Source: Candidatus Calditenuaceae archaeon HR02
GTDB taxonomy: Archaea; Thermoproteota; Nitrososphaeria_A; Caldarchaeales; Calditenuaceae
Assembly: GCA_002898395.1 (NCBI GenBank)
Contig: BEHE01000007.1
Location: forward strand, 1 to 64,000
Direction of reading: 5' to 3'
DNA: 64,000 nucleotides
Shown in pieces: positions 28,685 to 38,871 of this stretch; position 1 is the stretch's first letter, and every line of letters starts with the position of its first letter. The notes below the pieces were generated by a model. It saw only the letters and a list, made by a program, of their open reading frames with translations, did no database searches and was not told where the DNA came from. A program made the position numbers and the translations under genes.

Positions 28685-29878
28685 CTATTCCTTGAGTTCC
28701 CGAACAACCACTCGCCAAACGCCCAAGACAAGGATCGCGGCCACCAATGGCGGTATTGCTCCGAAGAGTATGAAAACGCCTGCCCAGCCAATCATTGTAA
28801 CATAGAGAGAGGTTAGTGGAGCGCCAAGCGCGACCCCTAGGAGGCTCGCTGACTGGTTGAGGCCGGAGCCAAGCCCCCTTACCTCTTTCGGTAGCGTTAC
28901 CACGAGGTAGCTGGACGAGAAGATTATGGTTCCGAGGGCGAGGCCGAAGACTATTGCGGAGAGGGTGCGTGTAAGAGTTAAGCCTGCCCCAAACTCTAGT
29001 GCTAGCGCCGTGGTCATAGAGGCCAGTAGTCCGATGATGAGTGGCACTAGTGGTGTTCTTCTCCCGGCCAGCCTCGCTGATATAGGGAATATCGGGATTG
29101 AGACCGCAGTGGAGATGGCCATGAATAGTCCTATCTGGGCGGCTGCCCCCCTCTCGTCCAGCCCGAACCTGTCTATCAGTATTGTGGGGAGGGTGCCAAC
29201 CACTCCTCCAATCAGCAGGTACATGCTCAGCATGCCAATCACAGACACGGCGACACGTCTCGCAAGAGCCCCACTCACCCGCGCTCCACCCCGCGCACTA
29301 TCCCCAGAGACTGGTGGTGCGGGCAGGCCCCTTAGAGTTGCTATTAAGCTGGCTGCAACTAGTGCCCCAACCACCGCGTAGACTGCTTGAAATCCTAGGG
29401 CCGAGACCAGGCCCGCCGAGGAGCCAGATCCTAGAACGATGGCCACGGCCACAAATATCCAGAAGAAGCTTAGGGGGCGTCCCACACCGCTGGAGAAGAG
29501 GTCGCCTATTAGGGCTAGGGCTGATGGGACTATGAAGGAGTCGAATACCGCGTGGAGAAACCTCGCAGTAAGGAGGATGCTCGGGGTTGGTGAGATCGCG
29601 TAGAGAGTCATTGCGAGAAGGTCGCCGAACATTCCTATCACCATAGCCCTCCTCCGTCCGAGGATATCGGAGAAATAGCCCGCGAAGACTATCATGGGTA
29701 TGGCGACGATGGAGTAGGAGCCTGCTATGAGTCCTGCCCAGAATGCGTCGGCATTAAGGGCCCTCGCGTGAGCAGCTATAATAGGCGAGATCATCGACGT
29801 ATCTATTAATGCGACGAAACCTACTGCGCCGAGGACAGCGTAAAGGCTCTTAGAGTATCCACCAATAACTTGGACCAT
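28685..29878 (-). CDS. MFS transporter
   Basis: GYFSDILGRR motif A; about 12 TM helices. Confidence 0.88.
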   Translation of the reverse strand: MVQVIGGYSKSLYAVLGAVGFVALIDTSMISPIIAAHARALNADAFWAGLIAGSYSIVAIPMIVFAGYFSDILGRRRAMVIGMFGDLLAMTLYAISPTPSILLTARFLHAVFDSFIVPSALALIGDLFSSGVGRPLSFFWIFVAVAIVLGSGSSAGLVSALGFQAVYAVVGALVAASLIATLRGLPAPPVSGDSARGGARVSGALARRVAVSVIGMLSMYLLIGGVVGTLPTILIDRFGLDERGAAAQIGLFMAISTAVSIPIFPISARLAGRRTPLVPLIIGLLASMTTALALEFGAGLTLTRTLSAIVFGLALGTIIFSSSYLVVTLPKEVRGLGSGLNQSASLLGVALGAPLTSLYVTMIGWAGVFILFGAIPPLVAAILVLGVWRVVVRELKE

Positions 29879-29959
29879 TTACGTAGAACCACCAATCAAT
29901 ATGATATAAACGTGTCTAAACCACGCCAGCTTAAAAGCAGCATTATAGAAAGTGGTGGC

Positions 29960-29988
29960 GAGGTGTGTGGAGCGTTTTAGCGTAGGCC
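29960..29988 (-). other. 3' arm of the 23S pre-rRNA processing stem (BHB motif)
   Basis: GGCCTA-CGCT-AAA-ACGCTCCACACACCTC pairs with 34514..34542. Confidence 0.85.
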
Positions 29989-30329
29989 ACGCCCGACCGT
30001 CTAAGCGGCTCGGGCGATTGGGAGTGGCGCGCTGAGGGCGTCCGGCCTAAGCCTCCGCCCGTACACGCCCACCCCATCAACCCCCTCTTCTAGGGGAGCC
30101 CTCGTCGGGGCCCAAGGCCCGTTGCCAGGCCCTATAGGCCCCGATTGGCCGCCTATTTTTGGGAGTGGCTTCGGGCTTAGATGCTTTCAGCCCTTATCCA
30201 CAGGGGCGCGGCTGCCCGGCGCCGCCCTGTAGGACGACCGGTAAACCGTTGGCCCCGGCCCTCCGTTCCTCTCGTACTAGGAGGACCTTTCCCTCAGGCG
30301 GCCCGCACCCCCAGTAGGTAGAAACCGAT

Positions 30330-30372
<43 letters not shown>

Positions 30373-31008
30373 AGGCGAGCAGCCTCACCCTTGGCCCCTG
30401 CTGCGAGGCCAGGAGGGGAAGAGCCGACATCGAGGTACCAAGCCGCGGGGTCGATGGGGACTCTCGCCCGCGACGAGCCTGTTATCCCTGGGGTAACTTT
30501 TCTGTCACCACCGGCCCCCACTGGTAGGAGCCGATGGATCGCTAGGCCCGGGTTTCCCCTCAGGACCCCTTGCGTTCGAGGGTCCTGTCAGGCCGGCTTA
30601 TGCCCTTGCACTCTACAGCGGGTTTCTGTCCCGCCTGAGCCGACCTTTGGGCTCCTCCGATATCTTTTCGGAGGAGTGCCGCCCCAGCCAAACTGCCCAC
30701 CAGCCGTTGTCCCAGGGTCAGGCCCTGGTTAGCGGGGCAGTCCGGAGTAGCCGGTGTTACATTGGCGCCTCCCCAGGCCCCCGGAGAGACCTGGATCGAC
30801 GGCTCCCGGCTACGCTATGTACTCCAGACCACTCCGCAGCAACTGGCTGCAGTAAAGCTCCACAGGGTCTTCTCTCCCCACTGGGGGTTCGTGGACTGTT
30901 CGCCCACGTTATGTGGGTTCACGGGGCTCCGGGCCGGGACAGTGGGGCCCTCGTTGATCCATTCATGCACGTCGGAACTCACCCGACAAGGCATTTGGCT
31001 ACCTTAAG

Positions 31009-31840
31009 CATGCCCGACCGAATGGTCGGGGTTGGACCATATCATCACCCATTAAGGGTGCGCGGCGTATGGTCTCTGAGGATCCCGCCCTCAACTAATA
31101 TTTTCCGGAGTTTCTCCGCCTTTTCAGGGTGTCTGAAACCCACCTTCTCCGAGAACTTCTCCACATTGTCCCACCCCATCACGGTTAGCCTCCATTGATA
31201 GTGTCTTCCCCATGTGTGGGGTTTTTTACGGTTATAGGTAGATGATATCTCGTTTAACTGCAGTATGTGGTGTGCCTCTACAAGCACTTTTTTCGCGACC
31301 ATGTCGATGCTGACGTAGGGATAGCGAAACTTCTTCATGCCCTGAGTCTGAACATCTATCCCGCAGTATCCTTCACTGTCGAACAGCCCCTTCACGACGT
31401 CGATATCGTGTTTAAACAATTCCGGTATCTGCGCGCTGACGAGCTTCCGCCCCTTCGGGAACCCGATCCTCAACAAGAAGTCATGTACCTTCCTAACATT
31501 CGTGGAGACTATGTAGAGGCTTTTACTTGCGCGCCGTATGTTTGGCTTGACTCCGAAAAGCTCTTCAACCGTGGCGGCGATAAAGTTGGCGAACTCGAAG
31601 TTAGGGTCTCGGCAGAAGACCGTGTAATAGTTGCCGTAGACGCCTCCGTCTCCCAGCATCACTCCAATGAGGTAGGCTAGACTCATCTGCTGTCCGCTGA
31701 CCTTCAGCCTTTATAGCTGTTTCACAGGGCGGTTTCCTGCGGGTCGGATTCACGGTGCTACGGGATTGTTACCCGCGCGGGGTACCCATAGCCTCCTCCT
31801 TCCCCGCATACAGCCGCGTTTAACGACCCCCTTGAACTTG
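31009..31840 (-). mobile_element. Group I self-splicing intron in 23S rRNA (about E. coli L1923)
   Basis: Exons rejoin as GACCCT|CTTAAGG; P1 GACCCU/GGGGUC with U-G at the splice site; P3 CGCGGC/GCCGCG; P4 TGCGGG/CCCGCA; P7 CAGAGACCA/GATATGGTCC; P9 hairpin; terminal G. Confidence 0.9.
31045..31686 (-). CDS. Double-motif LAGLIDADG homing endonuclease inside the group I intron
   Basis: LAYLIGVMLGDG and VVKGLFDSEG motifs; sits in the P6 loop, with the C-terminus overlapping P7/P3/P8. Confidence 0.92.
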   Translation of the reverse strand: MSLAYLIGVMLGDGGVYGNYYTVFCRDPNFEFANFIAATVEELFGVKPNIRRASKSLYIVSTNVRKVHDFLLRIGFPKGRKLVSAQIPELFKHDIDVVKGLFDSEGYCGIDVQTQGMKKFRYPYVSIDMVAKKVLVEAHHILQLNEISSTYNRKKPHTWGRHYQWRLTVMGWDNVEKFSEKVGFRHPEKAEKLRKILVEGGILRDHTPRTLNG

Positions 31841-32466
31841 AGGGTCAGAGTTACCCCCGGCGCTAACCGGCCCTTATCCCGGTTGGACCCGGGGTTCAGG
31901 TACCGGTGCTGGCCAGGATTGAGGAGCCGTTCAAAGCCTTTCGGCCTAGCGGCTCCCTATGTTTTTATTAAACAGTCAGGACCCCCTTGTCACTGCGACC
32001 TACCAACCCACCCTCACCGGGCAGGAAGGCAGGCACCCCTTCTCCCGAAGTTACGGGGCCAATTTGCCGAGTTCCCTAGCCCGGAGTAACCCCAGACGCC
32101 TTGGCCTTCTCAGCCAGGGGCACCTGTGTCGGATCTAGGTACGGTCTCTCGGGATCGTTCCGGGCTCCCTTTTCACTGGCCCCAGGGTCCAGCCGAAGCG
32201 GCCTTAAGGCCGCCCCATCCCTCCATTCACCTGGTTCTCGCCATTACGGCTCTCCCCAGGCTTGGGAGGTTAGACAGGGCTACGGCCCTGCTCGGCCTTA
32301 CCTGAGGCGTCGGGAGCCCGGCTTGCGTCGCCGCACCTACCCGAGAGGCACCGGAATCTTAACCGGTTTCCCCTTCGGCCTACCCGGTTAAGGTCGGCCT
32401 TAGGACCGGCTTACTCCCGGCTGACGACGCATTGCCGGGAAACCCGTGCCCTTCCGGCGGAGGGGA

Positions 32467-33014
32467 TATGGGGAGAGGTCGCAGGACCGTGTTCTCCCAA
32501 AAAGCGAACAGGTCAAGAAGGAAGGTATTGTAAACTCTGATTGAAAGTGTCCCGAATTTTGAACGTGAACTCCGTAAGCCCCACCTAACTGAAGGCTTAC
32601 GGAACTGTGATAATGGTATGTTTAACAAGTTAGACCAGTATTCCTCCAGTTCCTTCACCCTGTCCGTCCACTCGTCCTTGCGGAGCTTGATTTGTAGCCT
32701 AGGCCTTAGCTCGCTTCTCGCTACTCCGAGTGTTTCGAGGAAGTTTACCATAGCGAGTAGCTTGTTAGGATCGCTGTTGACGAATTCGAACCTCGTCTTC
32801 ACAGTTTTAGGTCTTTTAGTGCCTTCACCAGCATAAAGACCAAGAACGTACCGAATAGCACCGCTGAGACGTAACGGCGAATCTTCATTGCGCCTACGCG
32901 GCCGTTCCCGTACTTGAACCGAAGAGTCACCTTATCGTCCTCTACGGTCTTCTTAAGTACTTTGGTGTGGTCTAACGTCTCCGGAATGAGCTCTGCTAGG
33001 TCTACGTAGCTCAT
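32467..33014 (-). pseudogene. Frameshifted single-motif LAGLIDADG endonuclease in the BHB intron
   Basis: ATG 33014 ORF is out of frame with YVLGLYAGEGTK...FEFVNSDP...YWS; a -1 shift near 32870 joins them. Confidence 0.75.
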
Positions 33015-33074
33015 CCTTTAAGTAGAGTTACGTGACAACAAGTAGTTAAAAGTTTGACGGCCCTGCACCTCTCT
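32467..33074 (-). mobile_element. Archaeal bulge-helix-bulge intron in 23S rRNA domain III
   Basis: GAGGGG-TGGG-AAA-GAGAGG / CCTCTC-CCCA-TAT-CCCCTC canonical 3-4-3 BHB; splicing restores GGGGTGGGAATCCCC. Confidence 0.92.
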
Positions 33075-34245
33075 TTCCCACCCCTCTTCGCTGTCTACTA
33101 CCACCGGGATCTACATTAGCGGCCGGTCCACGGGACCTCACGGCCCCGCTTCTACCCAACCGCTACGCCCCCCTACCCCCACCCACGCAGCGCGTGAGTG
33201 AGCCCGGGTTTCGGCGGCCCGCTTAGACCCGTCAATTTTCGGGGCCCCCATCCTCGGCGGGTAAGCTGTTACGCACTTCTTAGCTGATGGCTGCTTCTAA
33301 GCCTACAGCCCCGCTGTCTCAGGATGGAGACGCCCTTTGGTTTGTCACTTAGCGGGCACTTAGGGGCCTTAACCCGCGGTCTGGGTTGTTCCCCTCTCGG
33401 TCCCGGAGCTTACCCCCGGTACCCCACTCCTGGGATCTACGGTGCCCGCGGATTCGGAGTTCGAAAGGAGAGTGGAGCCTCATCGGCCCCTTGCTCCCCC
33501 ATCGGTGCTCTACCCCGCGGGCAGCCTCCCCCAGGGCTGTCCTGCGAGACACTTCGGGGGGAACTAGCTATCACCGGGCTCGATTAGCTTTTAACCCCTA
33601 GCCCCAGGTCAGGGGACCGATTTGCACATCAAGACCCCTATTCGGGCCTCCACCAGGGTTTCCCCTGGCTTCGCCCTGCCCAGGGCTAGATCGCCCGGTT
33701 TCTAGCCTCACGGGCGTGACTACAGGCCCTTTCAGACCCCGCCCCTCGCCGGAGCACACTCCGGCTGCGGGCATGTCGGTTTCCCCACGCCTACGGGCTT
33801 TCAGCCCTTAGGCTCGCCACACCCGTGAACTCCCCGGCCCGTGATTCAAGACGGAGTGCACGACCCTGGGATTGTCCCCACTCGCCCCTCACCGGGGCTT
33901 CGCAGGGAATGCCCTTTCGGGCCGTGCTCGTCTGTTACCAGCCGGTTTCAGGCGCTTTTCACCCCCCTCTCGGGGTACTTTTCACCTTTGGCTCACGCTA
34001 CTGGTCCACTATCGGTCTTGGGACGTATTTAGCCTTGGAGGCCAGTGGCCCCCAACTTCCCGCACCATATCCGAGGTGCGGTACTCGGGGACCGGAGCAT
34101 CGCCCCTCCAGCCTTCGCCTACGGGGCTATCACCCTCTCTGGCCCCCCATTCCAGGGGAGTTCGGCTCAGCATTCAGGGCGGGCCTCCGGCCCCATAACC
34201 CCACACTCCCCCCGAGTTAACCTCGGGGGGTTCGGTTTGGGCTGC

Positions 34246-34279
<34 letters not shown>

Positions 34280-34513
34280 TTTGATTTCTTTTCCTCCCCC
34301 TACTTGGATGCTTCCGTTCGGGGGGTTCCCGATCCCGGACTGAAGGCCCGGGAACGAGGTGGCCGAAGCCACCCCAGGAGATCCCATTAGGAGATCCCCG
34401 GATCAACGCCCGCCTGCGGCTACCCGGGGCTTATCGCAGCTTGCCACGTCCTTCTTCGGCGCCCAAGCCGAGGCATCCACCGGCTGGCGTACCCCCGCTT
34501 AGTGCCAAGGCGC

Positions 34514-34542
34514 GGCCTACTTCGCCACGCTCCACACACCTC
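34514..34542 (-). other. 5' arm of the 23S pre-rRNA processing stem (BHB motif)
   Basis: GAGGTGTGTGGAGCGT-GGCG-AAG-TAGGCC pairs with 29960..29988. Confidence 0.85.
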
Positions 34543-34651
34543 TGCGGCGCGGTCATAGGAAAGTATTAGCCTCCTCCCGCATTCATGCCCCTCAGGACTT
34601 CATGGCTGAGGAGCAAACATCTCCGTGCGCAATAGATTGTTGTGGGTTGTT

Positions 34652-34668
34652 GCTTATAAATTTATATC
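34652..34668 (-). promoter_or_regulatory. Probable TATA box of the stand-alone 23S rRNA gene
   Basis: ATATAAATTTATAAG on the minus strand upstream of the pre-23S leader. Confidence 0.6.
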
Positions 34669-34677
34669 GGGTATGCG

Positions 34678-36084
34678 CTAGTCTGTGATTAATACTCTAA
34701 GCTCCTCTATATCCTCTTGGAAGCTCGATCTAAGCTTGTCAACTAGGTTGACACCGTTGATCCGGAGGCGCCCCTTAACTACAATGTCCACGTCTCCGTA
34801 AACCTCGTCGATATAGTCTACCTCCTCCCATGTAGAGAGCTTCAGAACCATCTTTGCGGCATCCGCTTGGGGGCGAAGCTTGAGAAGAATGTAAGCCCGC
34901 TCCTCTCCGAAGAATCGTCTCACCAAGTCTTCTTTGACCTCTCGCCCTAAAGCTTCACTTAGATAGCGGGCTAGCTCTTTTGGAGAGCCCCTCCTCCCGG
35001 TCGCCACAACCCTTTTGACGATCTCCTCCACAATCCTCCTGGCATCTACCTCATCTAAGTTGTGGCCGTTTAGTTTAGCTATCTCTAGGATCAGCTTGTG
35101 ACTCATATATGGGGTCACAGCATATTTCAGGGCATCCACATCGTATTCGAGCTTCTTTTGAGGCATGTAGCCTTCAGGCCTCTTAATGACCATTGACTGG
35201 TGGACCCCCGCCCTGATAGTCTTGGCCTCATCCGAGAGGGGGTGGCGCCAAGGTATCTGCACGCTTGTGAGCCTAGAAAACTCGCGATAAATTCGTGCCA
35301 GCTCCTCCCGCCTCACCCCAAGGTCATAGCCATAAACATCTTGGAGCGGTGCTACAACCTCGTAAAGGTCCGCTATCCCATTTCTATCACCGATACCTAG
35401 GATTGTGACATGCGCCTCAGCAGCCCCAGCGAGTATGGACTCAATGGTGTTGGCCGATGCGAGGCCATAGTCGTTGTGAAAGTGTGCAGCGATGGGGAGG
35501 CGGCTCCTCTCAATACAATATTCTATGAACTCCCTAGCATCGCGTGGCGTCATGAGCCCTGCTGTATCAGGCACGCTGAGGAGTGTCGCGCCGGCAGACT
35601 TCAGCTCGCCGGTAAACGTGAGAAGATCGTCGAGGACGCCGAAGTTGCGCTCAATGTAGAGCCGCGACGCATCTTCGTAGGTTACCCGGACATACTTGAG
35701 CCCCAAAGGCTTGACAAGCTCAACCGCCTCCAGCATCCTAGCCTTAGCATCATCATAGTTCATACCACCAAGCTTGTAGTTTAAGTGTAGCTGGGAGACG
35801 GCCAAGTATAGGGCTACGCCGTATAAGTTATACCTGCTCATTGCCTCAATATCATTTCTGTATGCCCGGCCATGCATAACTACTTGGACGCCGTTATCGT
35901 CTAAGAAGTTAACTAATTTGGCGCCTTCCTCGTAGGATGTCCTGGGAGGATAGTCGACAGTCACCTCAACACGCTTTAGACCCGCCTCCACGAGCAGGCT
36001 GGCAACCCGGAGCTTCTTATGGATGGGCAACACCTTGTAGAGCTCACCTTCCCTCAATGTGGAGTCGAGGAGGACGGATGGCAA
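34678..36084 (-). CDS. Homocitrate synthase / isopropylmalate synthase family, with C-terminal RAM (Lrp/AsnC-like) domain
   Basis: LDSTLREGE, PDTAG, HFHNDYGLA, GIGDRNG; C-terminal EVYGDVDIVVK; architecture as in Sulfolobus-type homocitrate synthase. Confidence 0.85.
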   Translation of the reverse strand: MPSVLLDSTLREGELYKVLPIHKKLRVASLLVEAGLKRVEVTVDYPPRTSYEEGAKLVNFLDDNGVQVVMHGRAYRNDIEAMSRYNLYGVALYLAVSQLHLNYKLGGMNYDDAKARMLEAVELVKPLGLKYVRVTYEDASRLYIERNFGVLDDLLTFTGELKSAGATLLSVPDTAGLMTPRDAREFIEYCIERSRLPIAAHFHNDYGLASANTIESILAGAAEAHVTILGIGDRNGIADLYEVVAPLQDVYGYDLGVRREELARIYREFSRLTSVQIPWRHPLSDEAKTIRAGVHQSMVIKRPEGYMPQKKLEYDVDALKYAVTPYMSHKLILEIAKLNGHNLDEVDARRIVEEIVKRVVATGRRGSPKELARYLSEALGREVKEDLVRRFFGEERAYILLKLRPQADAAKMVLKLSTWEEVDYIDEVYGDVDIVVKGRLRINGVNLVDKLRSSFQEDIEELRVLITD

Positions 36085-36274
36085 GGTTGAGTTTTATTAG
36101 TTAGACTAGAATTTAAAACTTATTCGACAATTGTATACCGACTATTTTCGTCTCAAATCCCTAAAAATTAGGGAAACTATGCTTATTCAGCCAAGGTCCT
36201 AGTTGGGGGAATGGCTGAGACACCGCCATAAATCTATATCTAACAGGGGGTAACTCCTCCTCTGGTGGGCAAAA

Positions 36275-36520
36275 ATGTCCCCCTCTAAATTACTGGGCTA
36301 TCTCATGGTTACCCTTTCGCCGATAGGCTTTACCTTTTACACACTGTGGTTCTTTGGACTATTGCAGGGGCTGGACTCAGATTTAGTGCTTAGGGCCACG
36401 GTCTATCTCTTGGCTGTGTCCTTCTTCTTCGTGGTTGGGGTATTGGGATACCTTGTCGTGACAGCACCTAGGCCTAGAGTTGCCACTAATGGTGATGGAG
36501 GTGGGTCTAGGCGTGCCTAA
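36275..36520 (+). CDS. Small two-TM membrane protein (DPM2-like appearance)
   Basis: Two hydrophobic helices, FYTLW, GYLVVTAPRP. Confidence 0.6.
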   Translation: MSPSKLLGYLMVTLSPIGFTFYTLWFFGLLQGLDSDLVLRATVYLLAVSFFFVVGVLGYLVVTAPRPRVATNGDGGGSRRA

Positions 36521-37358
36521 GAGATACCCTGCCGTGGCTGGCTATTTCTATGAGTCAGACCCCGCGCGACTAAGGAGGCAGATCGAGCAGTGCTTCACTT
36601 CTGGGCACGGGCCAGGCTCCATACCGTCTAGGGGAGGAACGGGTCCGCCGACAGTCCTCATTTCCCCCCACGCAGGCTACATGTACTCGGGGCCAGTTGC
36701 AGCTCACGGATTCTCTCAAGCCTCTAAGGGACCTCCACCAAAGACTGTAGTAGTGATTGGTCCTAACCATCACGGCGAAGGCACGGAGGTCTCGATCTAT
36801 CCTCCGGGGCAGTGGGTGACACCTCTAGGCGAAATTGATATTGACTCCGAGCTTGCAAATCGCATAATCGAGGCCAGCGACTTGATCTCCATGGACGAGT
36901 ACAGTCATGTATATGAGCACTCAATAGAGGTTCAGCTACCCTTCATCCAATACGTGTTTGGGCGCGTGAGGTTTGTCCCTATCTGCATGCTTAACCAGTC
37001 TATTGAGGCAGCTCAACACGTGGGCGAGATTCTCGCGAAGGTCATAGACAGGCTCGAGGACTACCTCGTCATAGCCAGCTCAGACTTCACGCACTACGAA
37101 CCACACGAGGAGGCTGTCAGGAGGGATAGAGCCGTCATTGAGAAGATATTGAAGCTCGACATAGAGGGGTTCTATACCGAGATGAGAGACAAGAGGGCCA
37201 CTCTATGCGGGTATGGTGCAATAGGTGCCCTGCTTTGCTATGCCAGACTGAAAGGATACACCACCCCAATACTGCTCAAATACGCTACGAGCGGCGACAC
37301 TAGTGGTGACAAGTCTTCTGTTGTGGGCTATGCCTCGATAGCCTTCCTTCGGGGGTAG
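36513..37358 (+). CDS. amrB: MEMO1 / AmmeMemoRadiSam system protein B
   Basis: PAVAGYFY, PHAGYMYSG, GPNH, EHSIEVQLPF, SSDFTHY, CG. Confidence 0.92.
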   Translation: MPKRYPAVAGYFYESDPARLRRQIEQCFTSGHGPGSIPSRGGTGPPTVLISPHAGYMYSGPVAAHGFSQASKGPPPKTVVVIGPNHHGEGTEVSIYPPGQWVTPLGEIDIDSELANRIIEASDLISMDEYSHVYEHSIEVQLPFIQYVFGRVRFVPICMLNQSIEAAQHVGEILAKVIDRLEDYLVIASSDFTHYEPHEEAVRRDRAVIEKILKLDIEGFYTEMRDKRATLCGYGAIGALLCYARLKGYTTPILLKYATSGDTSGDKSSVVGYASIAFLRG

Positions 37359-37367
37359 CCGTTACGC

Positions 37368-38795
37368 TTACTGGTTATATTTCCTGTGTAGCTCATCGGA
37401 GTATTCCCAGTACTTGAGAATGATTGGACACCACTCCTTCTCAGGACAGTACCCCAAGTGTTTACACTTCTCGCCCATCACGCCCTTCAACCATGGAGCC
37501 GCCTTCTCCACCTCCCTCCAGAGCTTATACGCAATGGCCCTTTCCTCCCATTGGGCCGCGCTACAAGTCCTAGTCGCTAGGAACCCCATGGGGCTGAGGA
37601 TGTTGTAGAGGTTGTAGCTCCTGACGACCCTGATCCTCATCGCGTTGGGGAGTGTGTAGAGGGCAGCCACAACCTCGTTCTCCTGCATGAGAGTAGAGTA
37701 GAGCGTGTGTAGTTCCTCGCAAGCATTGGTGAATAGTTGTGAGAGCTTGGGGCTAGACTTAATGGATGGGGGTACGACGAGGCCCTTCTCCGGACTCCTT
37801 GACCACCTCTCAGCAGCCTCAACCAGTGACTCAACAACGGTTGGCACAGTCCTATGTCTTATTGCCTGGTGGTAGGCGGCGAGTGAGAGCGACTCAACTG
37901 TCAACGCCCTAACAAGGGGGGAGGCCTGCTCAGCAGCAAGGCCGTCATGCCCTATATCCTCAATACCTCTAGGGTAATCGAAGGATAGAAGTTCGGCCTC
38001 CTCAGATGGTCTATCCCCACAAAGACGTTGGATCAGCCCATCAGGCTCCCTCAATGGGTCCGTGGCCGAGTAGTATCCCCACCGCGCCTTAAAACTGAGC
38101 CTAGAGTCTAGTAGAAGTGGTATTCTGCCGCTAGCCATCTCGAGGAACCTGTTGACAAAGGCCCTCAGCTCCTTGCTGACTATCCCAACCCCGTCCTCCA
38201 CCTTCCGGATAAAGTAGATGTGCGACTCGAGTGAGAGGGATGCGTAAAGCGAGGTGGCTGCGGCGAGCGGTGATAGGTATCGCGCATCTTCTAGTGGGAC
38301 GCCCTCCCCACAGAGCGTTTTATAGGCCTCGAAGCATCTATCCATCACCTTTGAAAATCTCCCCTCGAATTTTCCGTTCCTCAGCTCAGCGGGTGTCAGG
38401 AGCCTCTCCCTAGTCAGCGGGGCCCTCCGCTGGCTTTCCTGGAGATAGCTTCCGAAAACTGGGGCCACGAGCAGCATTGACAATAGGCGGCTACAGTTGG
38501 AGACTTCCCAGAACATGACCGCCGAAGTTGTAAGAGACGCATGCCCCCTCCTCGTTGATTCCCTGTGAACTTTTGCCGCTATCTTTGAGAGGTCCTTCCC
38601 CTTCGAGAGGGCGTCTAAGACCCGGTCCCGGATACTGACCCCCTGAAACGTGCCGAGGCCCTCAAGAGCGATGACAACATCTGGCCCCAGCTCCAGCTCA
38701 CCCTCCCTATAGACAGGCCCGGTGGAGAACAGAATGAAGACCAGCTCATCAGTATACACGCCTTCTCGCCAAGCCACTACTACCCTCGCCTCCAT
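37368..38795 (-). CDS. thyX: FAD-dependent thymidylate synthase ThyX, tandem two-domain form
   Basis: RGHAS, SYLQESQR, EDARY (domain 1); HQAIRHR, RTCSAAQWE, CPE (domain 2). Confidence 0.8.
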   Translation of the reverse strand: MEARVVVAWREGVYTDELVFILFSTGPVYREGELELGPDVVIALEGLGTFQGVSIRDRVLDALSKGKDLSKIAAKVHRESTRRGHASLTTSAVMFWEVSNCSRLLSMLLVAPVFGSYLQESQRRAPLTRERLLTPAELRNGKFEGRFSKVMDRCFEAYKTLCGEGVPLEDARYLSPLAAATSLYASLSLESHIYFIRKVEDGVGIVSKELRAFVNRFLEMASGRIPLLLDSRLSFKARWGYYSATDPLREPDGLIQRLCGDRPSEEAELLSFDYPRGIEDIGHDGLAAEQASPLVRALTVESLSLAAYHQAIRHRTVPTVVESLVEAAERWSRSPEKGLVVPPSIKSSPKLSQLFTNACEELHTLYSTLMQENEVVAALYTLPNAMRIRVVRSYNLYNILSPMGFLATRTCSAAQWEERAIAYKLWREVEKAAPWLKGVMGEKCKHLGYCPEKEWCPIILKYWEYSDELHRKYNQ

Positions 38796-38871
38796 TAAAT
38801 CATACCTTTTTACTCACATGCCATATAGACACGGTTAATATCTAGCGAGTTTTCGTGCATTTGTAGGGGGC

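Noticed and set aside
30100-30148. Long GC-rich hairpin near the 23S 3' end, considered as a third intron
   Set aside because: No BHB; it fits the variable helix 98 with a GCAA tetraloop.
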